DNA of 64,000 bases, from assembly GCA_963743635.1 (NCBI GenBank), contig CAVUQO010000003.1:288001-352000 (forward strand), in the 5' to 3' direction. The position numbers and the translations under genes were made by a program. Source of the DNA: Candidatus Babeliales bacterium. Lineage in GTDB: Bacteria > Babelota > Babeliae > Babelales > Vermiphilaceae. Positions 1 to 8,812 of the stretch are shown piece by piece. Numbering within the stretch: the stretch's first letter is position 1; each line of letters opens with the position of its first letter. The notes beneath the pieces were generated by a model. That model saw only the letters and a list, made by a program, of their open reading frames with translations, was not told the DNA's origin and did no database searches.

Positions 1-109
1 CCCTAATTTGGTCTTTGGACCCAGGTTCCAATAATTATCCCATAGTATATTTTCTATACTATCAATTCTAGCAAGTTGTGACAGATAGTCAAATGGGCAG
101 TGAGGAGGG

Positions 110-290
110 AGGGATTATAACCTGATCAAATCGCGAACGAACTGTGGGGCGTTAAAGCCCTTCAGGGCCTCGATTTTCTCACCAACCCATTCGAGACATT
201 TTTCATTCGTCCTTCGTCAAGCTCAGGACTATGAAAAACCCTCAGGGCAATCGGTGAAATGGTAGGCGACGGGGATACCCAGTTCTTGGG
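110..290 (-). pseudogene. Diverged duplicate of the ftsY 3' end, interrupted by a palindromic repeat
   Basis: 111-185 encodes GEKIEALKGFNAPQFVRDLIRL* versus ftsY GEKIEALKAFNAPEFVRDLIRL*. 261-290 matches the ftsY QELGIPVAY codons. 186-260 replaces 6 bp (tctcat) of the ftsY sequence. Confidence 0.8.
186..254. repeat. Palindromic repeat family A copy with nested core unit
   Basis: ccattcga-cattttca...atgaaaaaccctcagg matches 1567-1625 and 59029-59105. The loop contains gtccttcgtcaagctcaggac. Confidence 0.75.
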
Positions 291-353
291 GTCGGGTGAC
301 TTTCAGTTGCCGACAAAGTGTCGACGGTTGAAATCCTGACGGGTTTTTTGGGA

Positions 354-1244
354 TTATAACCTGATTAAATCGCGAACGAATTCTGGGGCGTTGAATGCCT
401 TTAAGGCCTCGATTTTCTCACCAAATGAGAGGTAGGCAACGGGGATGCCCAGTTCTTGGGTGATGGCGAAGATAATGCCGCCCTTACCGGTTCCGTCGAT
501 CTTGGTCAGCACGATGCCATCAAGCTGGGTGCTTTCATGGAAAAGGCGCGCCTGCTCGAAGGAGTTTTGCCCGAGCATAGCATCAATGGTCAGGAGGGTG
601 TTAGTCGGCGCGTCAGGGAGTTGTTTCCCGATCACGCGTTTAATTTTTTCGAGCTCTTTCATGAGATTCACTTTGGTTTGCAGGCGTCCGGCAGTATCGA
701 TGATGAGAATATCGTAGGCGCCATTTTTGAATTTCTCGCATCCCTGGAACACGACTGCAGCAGGGTCTTGATTCCCCTGGCCGGTGACGATATCAGCATC
801 GGTGCGTTGAGCCCATTGAGCCAGCTGTTCGGTGGCGGCGGCGCGGAAAGTATCGGCAGCAACGAGCAGCACGCGTTTGCCTGCAGCGCGATAGTGATGA
901 GCAAGTTTACCGGCGAAGGTTGTTTTGCCACTGCCATTGATCCCAACCAGCAAATAGATGGTTGTTTCTTGAATTGGTTTTTGCTGAGAAAGGAGGGTAA
1001 GCAGCTCTTGCTCAAGCGCTGCCTGCAGATCGCTTCCTTTGGCAATTTCGCCAGTGCGTACTTTTTCTTGAAGTATCGCTAGAATTTTTTTGGTAGTTTT
1101 AACGCCAGTATCGGCCTGAATGAGGATTTGTTCAAGTTCATTGAGCGTTTCTTGGTCGATTGATTCGCGGCTGAAGAGCGAATGCACTTTGGTGGTGACC
1201 GAGGTATAGATTTTACTGAGGGTATCTTTGATGAATGAAAACAT
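354..1244 (-). CDS. ftsY: Signal recognition particle receptor FtsY (NG domain only)
   Basis: GINGSGKTT, DTFRAAA, DTAGR, TKIDGTGKGG motifs. Confidence 0.97.
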   Translation of the reverse strand: MFSFIKDTLSKIYTSVTTKVHSLFSRESIDQETLNELEQILIQADTGVKTTKKILAILQEKVRTGEIAKGSDLQAALEQELLTLLSQQKPIQETTIYLLVGINGSGKTTFAGKLAHHYRAAGKRVLLVAADTFRAAATEQLAQWAQRTDADIVTGQGNQDPAAVVFQGCEKFKNGAYDILIIDTAGRLQTKVNLMKELEKIKRVIGKQLPDAPTNTLLTIDAMLGQNSFEQARLFHESTQLDGIVLTKIDGTGKGGIIFAITQELGIPVAYLSFGEKIEALKAFNAPEFVRDLIRL

Positions 1245-1255
1245 GGGGGACCTTT

Positions 1256-1552
1256 TTAACGATTAAAATTTACTTTTTTTGATAACACTTTGAGCGATTC
1301 GAAGTCGCCGTTTATGAGGGCAAATTTCTTTTTTCGGGACCATTTCTTTATTTGCCTTTCTCCTGCTAAAGCTTCGTCTCGAGTTGCTGTGGAATGGGCG
1401 AATACTAACTTAGCTGGTAATCGCGATGCTGTATAACAATTTGGGTATAACCGCTGTTCATGCGCAGATACTCGTGCTTCTAGGTTATCCGTATGTCCTA
1501 CGTAAAAAGAGCCATCGTTACAGAGAAGTATGTATATAAAGAAGTCTTGCAT
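1256..1552 (-). CDS. Small GIY-YIG nuclease family protein (YhbQ/UPF0213-like)
   Basis: FIYILLCNDGSFYVGHT..L..R...H and E.QIKKWSRKKK motifs. Start moved to MQDFF because the upstream ATG lies within a repeat. Confidence 0.88.
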   Translation of the reverse strand: MQDFFIYILLCNDGSFYVGHTDNLEARVSAHEQRLYPNCYTASRLPAKLVFAHSTATRDEALAGERQIKKWSRKKKFALINGDFESLKVLSKKVNFNR

Positions 1553-1566
1553 ATTGTTATTCCCTA

Positions 1567-1876
1567 CCATTCGATACATTTTTCATGTGCTCTTGCGAGC
1601 AATGAAAAACCCTCATGGCGAACGGGAAATTAAAAGTTGATGTAATGGTCTAGAGATTAAGGTGAATATTATCATATTTGTGGATTAATTAAATAAAAAA
1701 ATAAAAACGGCTTCCCTCTCCGTTCGTCCAGATCCCTCGATATATTTTCATTCATGCAGATATGTAATGAAAATACTCGGGATGCGGGGAAAAACATCTT
1801 CTCCGTTCGTCCAGAGTGTTCTGAGTCATGTGTAAACATGGCGAAGAATGTATCGAGGGATGGACGGAGTAAAATG
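1567..1876. repeat. Cluster of family A palindromic repeats (forward 1567-1625 and 1733-1787, reverse 1801-1876)
   Basis: The reverse complement of 1801-1876 matches 59029-59105. Forward copies share cc(a/c)tcga-ta(c/t)attttca...atgaaaa-actc(a/g)gg. Confidence 0.75.
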
Positions 1877-1886
1877 ACTAGTGATT

Positions 1887-2510
1887 TTAGCTAATCCCAC
1901 TCACCAACGGCGCCGCACGCTGCAGGAACAATTTGAGCCGGCGGTAGTCATTGCCCGTGAGTAACGAGAAGGTCTCGATGAATTTTGAAAGGCGTTCTTT
2001 GGTTAAAATGCCAAGTTCCACTTGATGTTTTAAGGTGGCGAGTAATAGTTCGTCCAGGTTGAGCAGTTGGTTGCTCATGCCAAAAAGCAGATGGAGATAG
2101 GTGTCGGAATCGAAAAACTGGGTGCAAAGCGTTTTGGATGCAGGCGTTACGAACGCATGAATTTTGCTTGGTTCAGGCGTGAGTAGATAAAAGATTTTGC
2201 CGTTTTGCTTGTATCCGATGGTCAGGCAGGAAAAGGTAGTCTTTAAAAATTCAAAGATCTGTGGTTGTTCAAGCAGGAGTTCTTCTTCTGTTTTTTGATA
2301 GGGGAAGGGATAGCGCATGGAATCCATGGAGCCGGTTTTGACCTCGTGGACGATTCCAAATACGACGCGTTCTTTCGTTTCGATGGTGACAATGGAGCCA
2401 AAGGAGGGAAATTGGTCCCATTTCCAGCTTTGAGCAAGAAAACTATGCAGGGAACTTTCGATGACTTCAGCGAATGCTTTGCTGGTTTGACTGGTCTGAT
2501 TCGATATCAT
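1887..2510 (-). CDS. HAS-barrel domain protein
   Basis: AEVIESS..F.AQ, P.FGS.V and EEL..EQPQIFE.LKT.F resemble HAS-barrel proteins. The ORF-track N-terminus MPVLRSLGEVG is repeat-derived, so the start was moved to 2510. Confidence 0.6.
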   Translation of the reverse strand: MISNQTSQTSKAFAEVIESSLHSFLAQSWKWDQFPSFGSIVTIETKERVVFGIVHEVKTGSMDSMRYPFPYQKTEEELLLEQPQIFEFLKTTFSCLTIGYKQNGKIFYLLTPEPSKIHAFVTPASKTLCTQFFDSDTYLHLLFGMSNQLLNLDELLLATLKHQVELGILTKERLSKFIETFSLLTGNDYRRLKLFLQRAAPLVSGIS

Positions 2511-3246
2511 GAGCACTTTCGGTCCTACTTCGCCAAGGCTTCGAAGGACAGGCAATTATACTTTGTTGATTTGAATGATCTGATTCAGGGTGATCCATGT
2601 CGGCTAGGTAACTTTGTCGATGAATAATCGAAGATTGATATTTTTGGAGCGCATCGCGATGGATTTTGGTGCCGTACCCTTTGTGTTGGCCAAATGAATA
2701 TCCAGGGAATACCGGATCAAAATTACTCATAATCGCATCGCGCGTTACTTTGGCCAGAATCGACGCGGCAGCGATTGAGGTTGAGAGCGTCTCTCCTTTG
2801 GGAAAATGATAGACCGGAATATCGCGGTATGAGGTATCCAGGAGGTTAAGCGGCATGGCGTCGACGAGTATAGCTTGCGGCAAATGGGGCGAAGTTGCCA
2901 ATAGCTGAACGAGAGATCGTTTCATCGCAACTAACGTCGCCTGCCAAATATTTCGTTCGTCTATGAGGCGATTATTCACAATTCCGATTCCGTACCAGCA
3001 ATGCTTGGTGATCCAGCGCGCAGCCTTTTCCCGTTCTTCGGGGGATAAAATTTTGGAATCCTTCAAGAGTGGCATGTGCTTATTGACAGGGATGATCACT
3101 GCAGCGGTCACCAGAGGGCCTGCCAAACATCCCCGGCCGACTTCGTCGATGCCGCAGACCAGGCGCCCTTCAAGCCAGGCAGCTTTTTCGAATATATTTT
3201 TGCGCAGCTTAGGAGTCCCTGCTGGCACAAATAGCCGTTTACTCAT
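2467..3246 (-). CDS. rnhB: Ribonuclease HII with repeat-derived C-terminal extension
   Basis: GIDEVGRGCLAGP, DSKIL, VDA, SIAAASILAKVTRD, HKGYGT motifs. Confidence 0.95.
   Translation of the reverse strand: MSKRLFVPAGTPKLRKNIFEKAAWLEGRLVCGIDEVGRGCLAGPLVTAAVIIPVNKHMPLLKDSKILSPEEREKAARWITKHCWYGIGIVNNRLIDERNIWQATLVAMKRSLVQLLATSPHLPQAILVDAMPLNLLDTSYRDIPVYHFPKGETLSTSIAAASILAKVTRDAIMSNFDPVFPGYSFGQHKGYGTKIHRDALQKYQSSIIHRQSYLADMDHPESDHSNQQSIIACPSKPWRSRTESAHDIESDQSNQQSIR
2524..2554. repeat. Palindromic repeat family B copy inside the rnhB 3' end
   Basis: cctacttcgccaaggcttcgaaggacaggca is similar to 4031-4060 and 17329-17390. Confidence 0.65.
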
Positions 3247-3261
3247 GGGAAAGTTTTCCAT

Positions 3262-3298
3262 TTGACAAGTTATTTATTACGAGTACAATTAGTAATAA
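3262..3298 (+). promoter_or_regulatory. Sigma70-type promoter with overlapping inverted repeat (candidate operator)
   Basis: TTGACA 3262-3267, 16-bp spacer, TACAAT 3284-3289. Inverted repeat ttattac-N11-gtaataa spans the -10 box. Confidence 0.6.
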
Positions 3299-3346
3299 GT
3301 CAGTAGTGTTAACCATATTTTTACATAATAGCAGGAGGAAGGCAAT

Positions 3347-4024
3347 ATGTCATCTCCATCAACAGCCCTCAGAGTAAAGGAATTGCTCAGAGAAAAAGGC
3401 TGGACCACAAAAATTCTTGCTGAAAAGACGGGCATGTCGGAGAGTTATCTTACGCACATTAAAAATGGAACTCGTCGTTGGAACGAAGATTCATTGCGTA
3501 AGCTTGCGAACGCGTTCGAAATAAGTCCTATCGATTTATTTGCACAGCGCCGCCAGCGCACTGATAATATTGACAGTAATGTAAGTATGCCTGAAAAATC
3601 AGATGTTGAATTAAAGGTACAAATTGTACCCGTTGTAGGTGAGATTCCTTCGAATCCATCACCATACAACAACCAATTAATGCAAATTACGACCGGCTAC
3701 AAAGATGTCTTTGTACCTGCGTTGAATTCCAGCGATAACTCTATGTTTGGGTTAAGCATTGAGAACAATCTCATGGCTCCAACCTTTGTAAAGGGTGATT
3801 GCTTGATCGTTTCTCCAGAAATTTGGACTCGCTCAGGTGATATCGCAGCAGTAGAGTATGGCAACGATACGCCGCTTAAGGCGATCATGCAGGTTACCTA
3901 CACTGAAGATTTTATTGTTCTTGAATCAGTGAATCATAAACAACCACCGGTTGCCTTGGTTCGTGGTAAAGATCACTTTAGAATCATCGGTCGCGTGATT
4001 CAGCGTATGCAAAAATTCGCGTAA
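3347..4024 (+). CDS. XRE/LexA-like regulator (HTH_3 plus degenerate S24 domain)
   Basis: N-terminal HTH (LAEKTGMSESYLTHIKNG). C-terminal S24-like segment (M.P.F..GD.LIV, LESVN, IIGRV). RBS aggagg. Confidence 0.85.
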   Translation: MSSPSTALRVKELLREKGWTTKILAEKTGMSESYLTHIKNGTRRWNEDSLRKLANAFEISPIDLFAQRRQRTDNIDSNVSMPEKSDVELKVQIVPVVGEIPSNPSPYNNQLMQITTGYKDVFVPALNSSDNSMFGLSIENNLMAPTFVKGDCLIVSPEIWTRSGDIAAVEYGNDTPLKAIMQVTYTEDFIVLESVNHKQPPVALVRGKDHFRIIGRVIQRMQKFA

Positions 4025-4030
4025 ACACTT

Positions 4031-4060
4031 CCGTCTTTGCCTTCGGCTTCGTCGGACAAG
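4031..4060. repeat. Palindromic repeat family B copy
   Basis: ccgtctttgccttcggcttcgtcggacaag directly after a stop codon. Confidence 0.55.
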
Positions 4061-4219
4061 CGCGTAAAAACAGTGTGAAGCACGAAAATAGCAGAAATGG
4101 TAGATTTTTCTATTGTTTCTGCTATTTTTATTGTTAATACATTCGTATTAGATAAAGTGTTTGTATAACTTTATAGCACCTACAGGGTGTTTCCGTATAA
4201 TACTAAGGAGTCCTTTTAT

Positions 4220-4825
4220 ATGATCCGTTATGAGATCTTGATGCTTACCGTCCCTCAAATCACTGAGGATGAAGCTAAGCGTCTACAAACAGAACTTGAA
4301 TCGCCAGTTAAGGCTGATAAGGGTTCAGTAATATCGTTCGAGCGCTGGGGTAAATACCGTCTTGCGTATCCAATTGCAAAAAATGATTATGGCGTTTATT
4401 TCTTAATTCGTTTCGAATTGCCAAAAACAAGCACGGCTGCGATTGACGAAATCAAACGAGCGTTCAAAGTAAGACTCAATGAAATTGTTATTCGTGATAT
4501 GATTGTTGCGCTTGATGCGGATAAATCATTGGAATATCAACGTCCATTGTCTCTTGAAGAAACACCTGAACGTGAAGTTGGCTCTTTCATGAAAGAAAAG
4601 GGCGCAGGATTCTCAAGAGGTGATCGTGGTGATCGCGGTGACAGAGGTGATCGTGGAGATCGTCCAGATCGCGGTGATCGTGAAGCCCGTGGTGGCGATC
4701 GAGGTGGGTTCCGTAGAGGACCGCGTCCCGATAGACCAGCTGGCGACAGACCATCGTATGGTCCACGCTCATACAGCTCTAGTGCATCAACATCAGTAGA
4801 CAAAGATACTAAGGACGAGGCTTAA
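4220..4825 (+). CDS. rpsF: 30S ribosomal protein S6 with GDR-repeat C-terminal extension
   Basis: MIRYEILML, ERWGKYRLAYPI..GVY; adjacent to rpsR. Confidence 0.93.
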   Translation: MIRYEILMLTVPQITEDEAKRLQTELESPVKADKGSVISFERWGKYRLAYPIAKNDYGVYFLIRFELPKTSTAAIDEIKRAFKVRLNEIVIRDMIVALDADKSLEYQRPLSLEETPEREVGSFMKEKGAGFSRGDRGDRGDRGDRGDRPDRGDREARGGDRGGFRRGPRPDRPAGDRPSYGPRSYSSSASTSVDKDTKDEA

Positions 4826-4828
4826 ACC

Positions 4829-5119
4829 ATGACTAAAAAAATTAAATTAAAGATCAGTCATCGATTACTGAAAAAAAGATTTCGCAAGCAAACCTCAACT
4901 GGTGTAAAACATTGCCGTTTTACGAATAATCCAGAGATGGTTGCGAAGCTTGATTATAAGAACGTTGATTTCCTTAAGAGTTTCTTGACTGAGCGTGGTA
5001 AAATTTTACCATTGCGCATCTCAGGCAACAGCGCTAAATATCAGCGCATGGTTTCTACGATGATTAAACGTGCACGTATTATGGGCTTATTGCCGTATAC
5101 CTCGTCAGCACGCGTATAA
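4829..5119 (+). CDS. rpsR: 30S ribosomal protein S18
   Basis: [25 protein letters not shown]...KYQR.....IKRAR..GLLPY. Confidence 0.96.
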   Translation: MTKKIKLKISHRLLKKRFRKQTSTGVKHCRFTNNPEMVAKLDYKNVDFLKSFLTERGKILPLRISGNSAKYQRMVSTMIKRARIMGLLPYTSSARV

Positions 5120-5126
5120 ATGACTG

Positions 5127-5187
5127 CCTGCCCGGCGTAGCAAAACACTTCCTGAGGTGAAACTTCGGAGTATTAGCGTAGCCTGGG
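5127..5187. repeat. Family B repeat with expanded internal hairpin (reverse orientation)
   Basis: Reverse complement cccaggctacgc-taatactccgaagtttcacctcaggaagtgtttt-gctacgccgggcagg aligns with 15100-15156. Confidence 0.65.
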
Positions 5188-5224
5188 TCTGCACGAGTGT
5201 AATTGATCGATCTGAAAAGATATG

Positions 5225-5252
5225 GGCCGCAGGTAAAATCTGCGGCCTTTTT
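5225..5252 (+). terminator. Rho-independent terminator of rpsF-rpsR
   Basis: ggccgcag/ctgcggcc stem followed by a T-tract. Confidence 0.8.
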
Positions 5253-5412
5253 AATATAAATGTAAGAGTTTGCTCTAGCTTAGTGCGGGTAAGATGTCAT
5301 TTAAGGCATGGGTAGTTACCATTGGACATTTTGCCGAAAGCTTGTTACAATTAGAATAACGTATACCCATGGACCATGGGGCATCTCAATAACCTCAAAA
5401 TTGGTATGATAA

Positions 5413-7212
5413 ATGGAAAAAAAGCAAAGATTAAATCTTCGAAATATAGCTATTATTGCACACGTTGACCATGGTAAAACAACCCTCGTTGACAAATTGC
5501 TCAGAGAGTCTGGCACCCTAGCGGCAGCTGAACAAACTGATCGTGTTATGGACTCCAACCAATTGGAAAAAGAACGTGGGATTACCATTTTGGCTAAGAA
5601 CACCGGTATTGTGTACGGCGATTACAACATTAACATTGTTGATACTCCCGGCCACAGTGATTTTGGTGGCGAAGTTGAACGTACGCTGCAAATGGTTGAA
5701 GGTTTCTTGCTCTTGGTAGACGCAGCGGAAGGTGTGCTTCCTGGTACACGTTTCGTACTTAAAAAAGCGCTCCAACTTCATTTAAAGCCAATCGTTTTGA
5801 TCAATAAAATCGATCGTAAAGATGCTGATATTGAACGCACTGAAGCAGCAATTCACGATCTTTTCTTAGAAGTAGCCGTTGATGCTGATCAGCTTGAATT
5901 CCCGGTTTTATACGGTTCATCACGAAACGGTTATGCATCAACTAATCCAGAGCTGCGCGAAGGTAATATGGATCCGCTTTTCAAAGCGATCATCGATTAT
6001 ATTCCTGCGCCAACTGAAGAAGTAGATGGCTTGCAATTTTTAGTAACTACCCTTGATTATTCAGAATATCTTGGTGCATTGGCAATTGGTCGTGTTTTTA
6101 GTGGTAATGTTAAACTTGGTGATCAAGTTATTTGCTGCAAAGATGGCGTTATCGGCAAGCCGACTAAAGTTACCAAAATGTATAAATTCCTCGGCGTTAA
6201 TCGCATTGAAGCGACTGAAGCAGAATTTGGCGACATCATTGCGATGGCTGGATTTACCGATCCACTTTCAATTGGTACTACGATTTGCCATCCTGATAAG
6301 CCGTTACCGCATTCTTATGTAAAAGTAGACGAACCAACCGTTACTATGTATTTCTCCGTGAACGATTCTCCATTCAATGGCCGTGATGGTAAGTTGTTGA
6401 CCTCTCGTCAAATCAAAGAACGTCTTGAAAAAGAATTAAAAACCAACGTTGCGTTGCGCGTTGAACCAACTGAATCTCCTGATGTGTTCAAAGTTTCTGG
6501 CCGTGGCCAATTACACCTTGGTGTGTTGATTGAAAACATGCGCCGTGAAGGATTTGAACTGCAAGTTTCAGCGCCACAAGTTATTTATAAGACCATTGAT
6601 GGTGTTAAATGCGAACCGATCGAATACTTAGTAGTCGACGTTCCCTTGAACTATCAAGGCGTTGTGATGGAAACGCTGGGTACCCGCAAAGCCGAAATGA
6701 AAGCGATGCATCCGTATGATGAACGCATTCGTATCGAATTTGAAGTGCCATCTCGCGCATTGCTTGGATTCCGTAACCAGTTCTTAACTGATACGCGCGG
6801 AACCGGTATTGCGACTTTCAGTTTCCACAGCTATCAACCATACAAGGGTGATATTCCGACTCGCAGCAAAGGTGCTATCGTTTCTATGGAAACAGGTACA
6901 GTAACCGGCTATGCATTGGATACCTTGCAAGCACGTGGCATCCTCTTTGTTAAGCCAACAGATAAGGTTTATGAAGGCATGATCATTGGTGAAAGTAGCC
7001 GTGATGATGATATGGATGTGAATCCATGTAAGGAAAAGAAGTTGACCAACATGCGTGCATCAGGCACAGACGACGCGATTAAACTTGCGCCACCACGCGT
7101 TATGGAGCTTGAAACTTGTATGGAATGGATCCGTCCGGATGAGTTGATGGAAGTAACGCCACACCACATTCGTTTGCGCAAGAAAGTGCTTAAAGCTAAT
7201 ATGCGTAAATAA
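5413..7212 (+). CDS. typA: Translational GTPase TypA/BipA
   Basis: [53 protein letters not shown]. Confidence 0.97.
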   Translation: MEKKQRLNLRNIAIIAHVDHGKTTLVDKLLRESGTLAAAEQTDRVMDSNQLEKERGITILAKNTGIVYGDYNINIVDTPGHSDFGGEVERTLQMVEGFLLLVDAAEGVLPGTRFVLKKALQLHLKPIVLINKIDRKDADIERTEAAIHDLFLEVAVDADQLEFPVLYGSSRNGYASTNPELREGNMDPLFKAIIDYIPAPTEEVDGLQFLVTTLDYSEYLGALAIGRVFSGNVKLGDQVICCKDGVIGKPTKVTKMYKFLGVNRIEATEAEFGDIIAMAGFTDPLSIGTTICHPDKPLPHSYVKVDEPTVTMYFSVNDSPFNGRDGKLLTSRQIKERLEKELKTNVALRVEPTESPDVFKVSGRGQLHLGVLIENMRREGFELQVSAPQVIYKTIDGVKCEPIEYLVVDVPLNYQGVVMETLGTRKAEMKAMHPYDERIRIEFEVPSRALLGFRNQFLTDTRGTGIATFSFHSYQPYKGDIPTRSKGAIVSMETGTVTGYALDTLQARGILFVKPTDKVYEGMIIGESSRDDDMDVNPCKEKKLTNMRASGTDDAIKLAPPRVMELETCMEWIRPDELMEVTPHHIRLRKKVLKANMRK

Positions 7213-7232
7213 CGCAAACAATATACAAAAGG

Positions 7233-7262
7233 AAGCCGTTCACGAAAGTGAGCGGCTTTTTT
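7233..7262 (+). terminator. Rho-independent terminator after typA
   Basis: aagccgttcac-gaaa-gtgagcggctt stem followed by a T-tract. Confidence 0.8.
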
Positions 7263-7275
7263 AGTGAGGATTTTT

Positions 7276-8337
7276 ATGCAAAAGCTGAATATATACACTG
7301 CATTATTGGTTTCGCTTTTTACACTGAACGCAACCGCAATGGAGGAAATGATAGCCCATACTCAATGGCAGTTGGCGGAAGAAAAAAGAGGCGAACTCAA
7401 GGTTTTTTTCATTCAGATTCCAAAAGCAGAAAATGATCTAAGAATCCACTCTGCTAATCATGATGATTCTTTATATCATGAAAAGGTATATCGCGATGAA
7501 AAGGTATATCGCGCATTTAAAGATTTGATCGCTGTAAAGCATGCAAAGAATGATTCTTACATGGTGGCTCGGACGATGGAACGAACAGAAGGTGGGGCTG
7601 TAGTAGAGCTATATTTTGATGCACATGAATTAAATAAGGCCCTATTTGGGCAATATCCATCATTTTCAGTGCAGAACCTCAATGAATTATGGAAATATAA
7701 AAATCCAGTCTCAAATTTGCCATTGCGATGGCTGGAGTATTATGAATGCGAGCCTCAAGAAAAAGTTTTTAAATTTGTGTGCGAATTTGAATCACAATTT
7801 TGTGCAGTATTATGCAGTCAGGCAGAATTACGTAGTAAGAATAATAAGCCTAACTTTTGGCATTATAAGTTCTATGCGAATCAGGATGATGATTTGCAGC
7901 TTGCGGCGAGCGCAAAGAATAATCTTGGCGTTATGTATAAAAATGGACATGGTATAGTATGTGCAGATTTTGCAAGGGCAGTGAAGTTATTTCAGGAAGT
8001 GACAAAGCAGACCTATAATTTGAGGGCTGCGGCGATTGCAAAGTGTAATCTTGGCGTTATGTATTATCATGGACATGGTGTAGAAAAAGATTATGCAAGG
8101 GCAAAGCAGCTATATGAGCAAGTGGCAGCGCAGGAAGATGATTTGGGATCTGCGGCAAGAGCGCAGAATAATCTTGGCGATATGTATCGGCATGGACATG
8201 GTGTAGCGGTAAATTACGTAACGGCAAAGAAATTATATCAGGACGCGGCAAATCAGACGCATGATTTCAGGGTTTTGGCGGCTGCAAAGGATGCTATTGC
8301 GACATTAGAAGAAGTAATGAAAAAGAATGCAGAATAA
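7276..8337 (+). CDS. Secreted Sel1-like repeat protein with the same N-terminal domain as the 38-46 kb array
   Basis: Signal peptide ending ATA-ME; F.DLI....YMVAR....YFDAHELN..LFGQYP; three NLG.MY..GHGV repeats. Confidence 0.85.
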   Translation: MQKLNIYTALLVSLFTLNATAMEEMIAHTQWQLAEEKRGELKVFFIQIPKAENDLRIHSANHDDSLYHEKVYRDEKVYRAFKDLIAVKHAKNDSYMVARTMERTEGGAVVELYFDAHELNKALFGQYPSFSVQNLNELWKYKNPVSNLPLRWLEYYECEPQEKVFKFVCEFESQFCAVLCSQAELRSKNNKPNFWHYKFYANQDDDLQLAASAKNNLGVMYKNGHGIVCADFARAVKLFQEVTKQTYNLRAAAIAKCNLGVMYYHGHGVEKDYARAKQLYEQVAAQEDDLGSAARAQNNLGDMYRHGHGVAVNYVTAKKLYQDAANQTHDFRVLAAAKDAIATLEEVMKKNAE

Positions 8338-8386
8338 ATACAAAAATAGTCGTAGCCTATTTGGTGAACGGCTTTTTTATGGGGAC

Positions 8387-8812
8387 ATGTATATTATGAG
8401 AAGAAATTTAGGGCTCATTCTTGGATTAGTTGCATCATTGTTTTTGGTTGCATCGTCTAGTTGGGCTGCGCAATCGACTGGGGCGTCTGATGGCGATGTT
8501 CGGACGGCTATAGTTTTAATGATTGCTATAGGGATTCCTCTAGGTGTATGGGGATTATTAACATCCTTTGCATTTCCAAAAGGTTCAATCGCCTTACATA
8601 TAATGACTATGATATGGCTTGCTCAATCGCTTTTCTGTGCGGCCTTTATGAGCGCTTGGACGCACAATAATTACAATCTTCCAGTCAGTGAACGACATTG
8701 GGAGGGTGTAAAGATGGGGTTGCTATCTGTTTTTTATCCATCTCCGTTAACGCTCGCAATATTTTTAATTATACTCCTCCTTTATCTTTTGCGGAATGAA
8801 CCCCTCAGATGA
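8387..8812 (+). CDS. Hypothetical membrane protein
   Basis: ORF with about four hydrophobic segments; stop overlaps the truA start (ATGA). Confidence 0.65.
   Translation: MYIMRRNLGLILGLVASLFLVASSSWAAQSTGASDGDVRTAIVLMIAIGIPLGVWGLLTSFAFPKGSIALHIMTMIWLAQSLFCAAFMSAWTHNNYNLPVSERHWEGVKMGLLSVFYPSPLTLAIFLIILLLYLLRNEPLR

Noticed and set aside
110..460. Diversity-generating retroelement template/variable repeat pair (ftsY tail duplicate)
   Set aside because: Differences are not adenine-specific and are mostly synonymous; no reverse transcriptase in the window.
2511..2555. N-terminal MPVLRSLGEVG extension of the HAS-barrel ORF
   Set aside because: It is a translation of the family B repeat; ATG at 2510 is the more plausible start.
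3347..4024. Prophage immunity region
   Set aside because: Flanked by rnhB and rpsF; no integrase, cro or structural phage genes.
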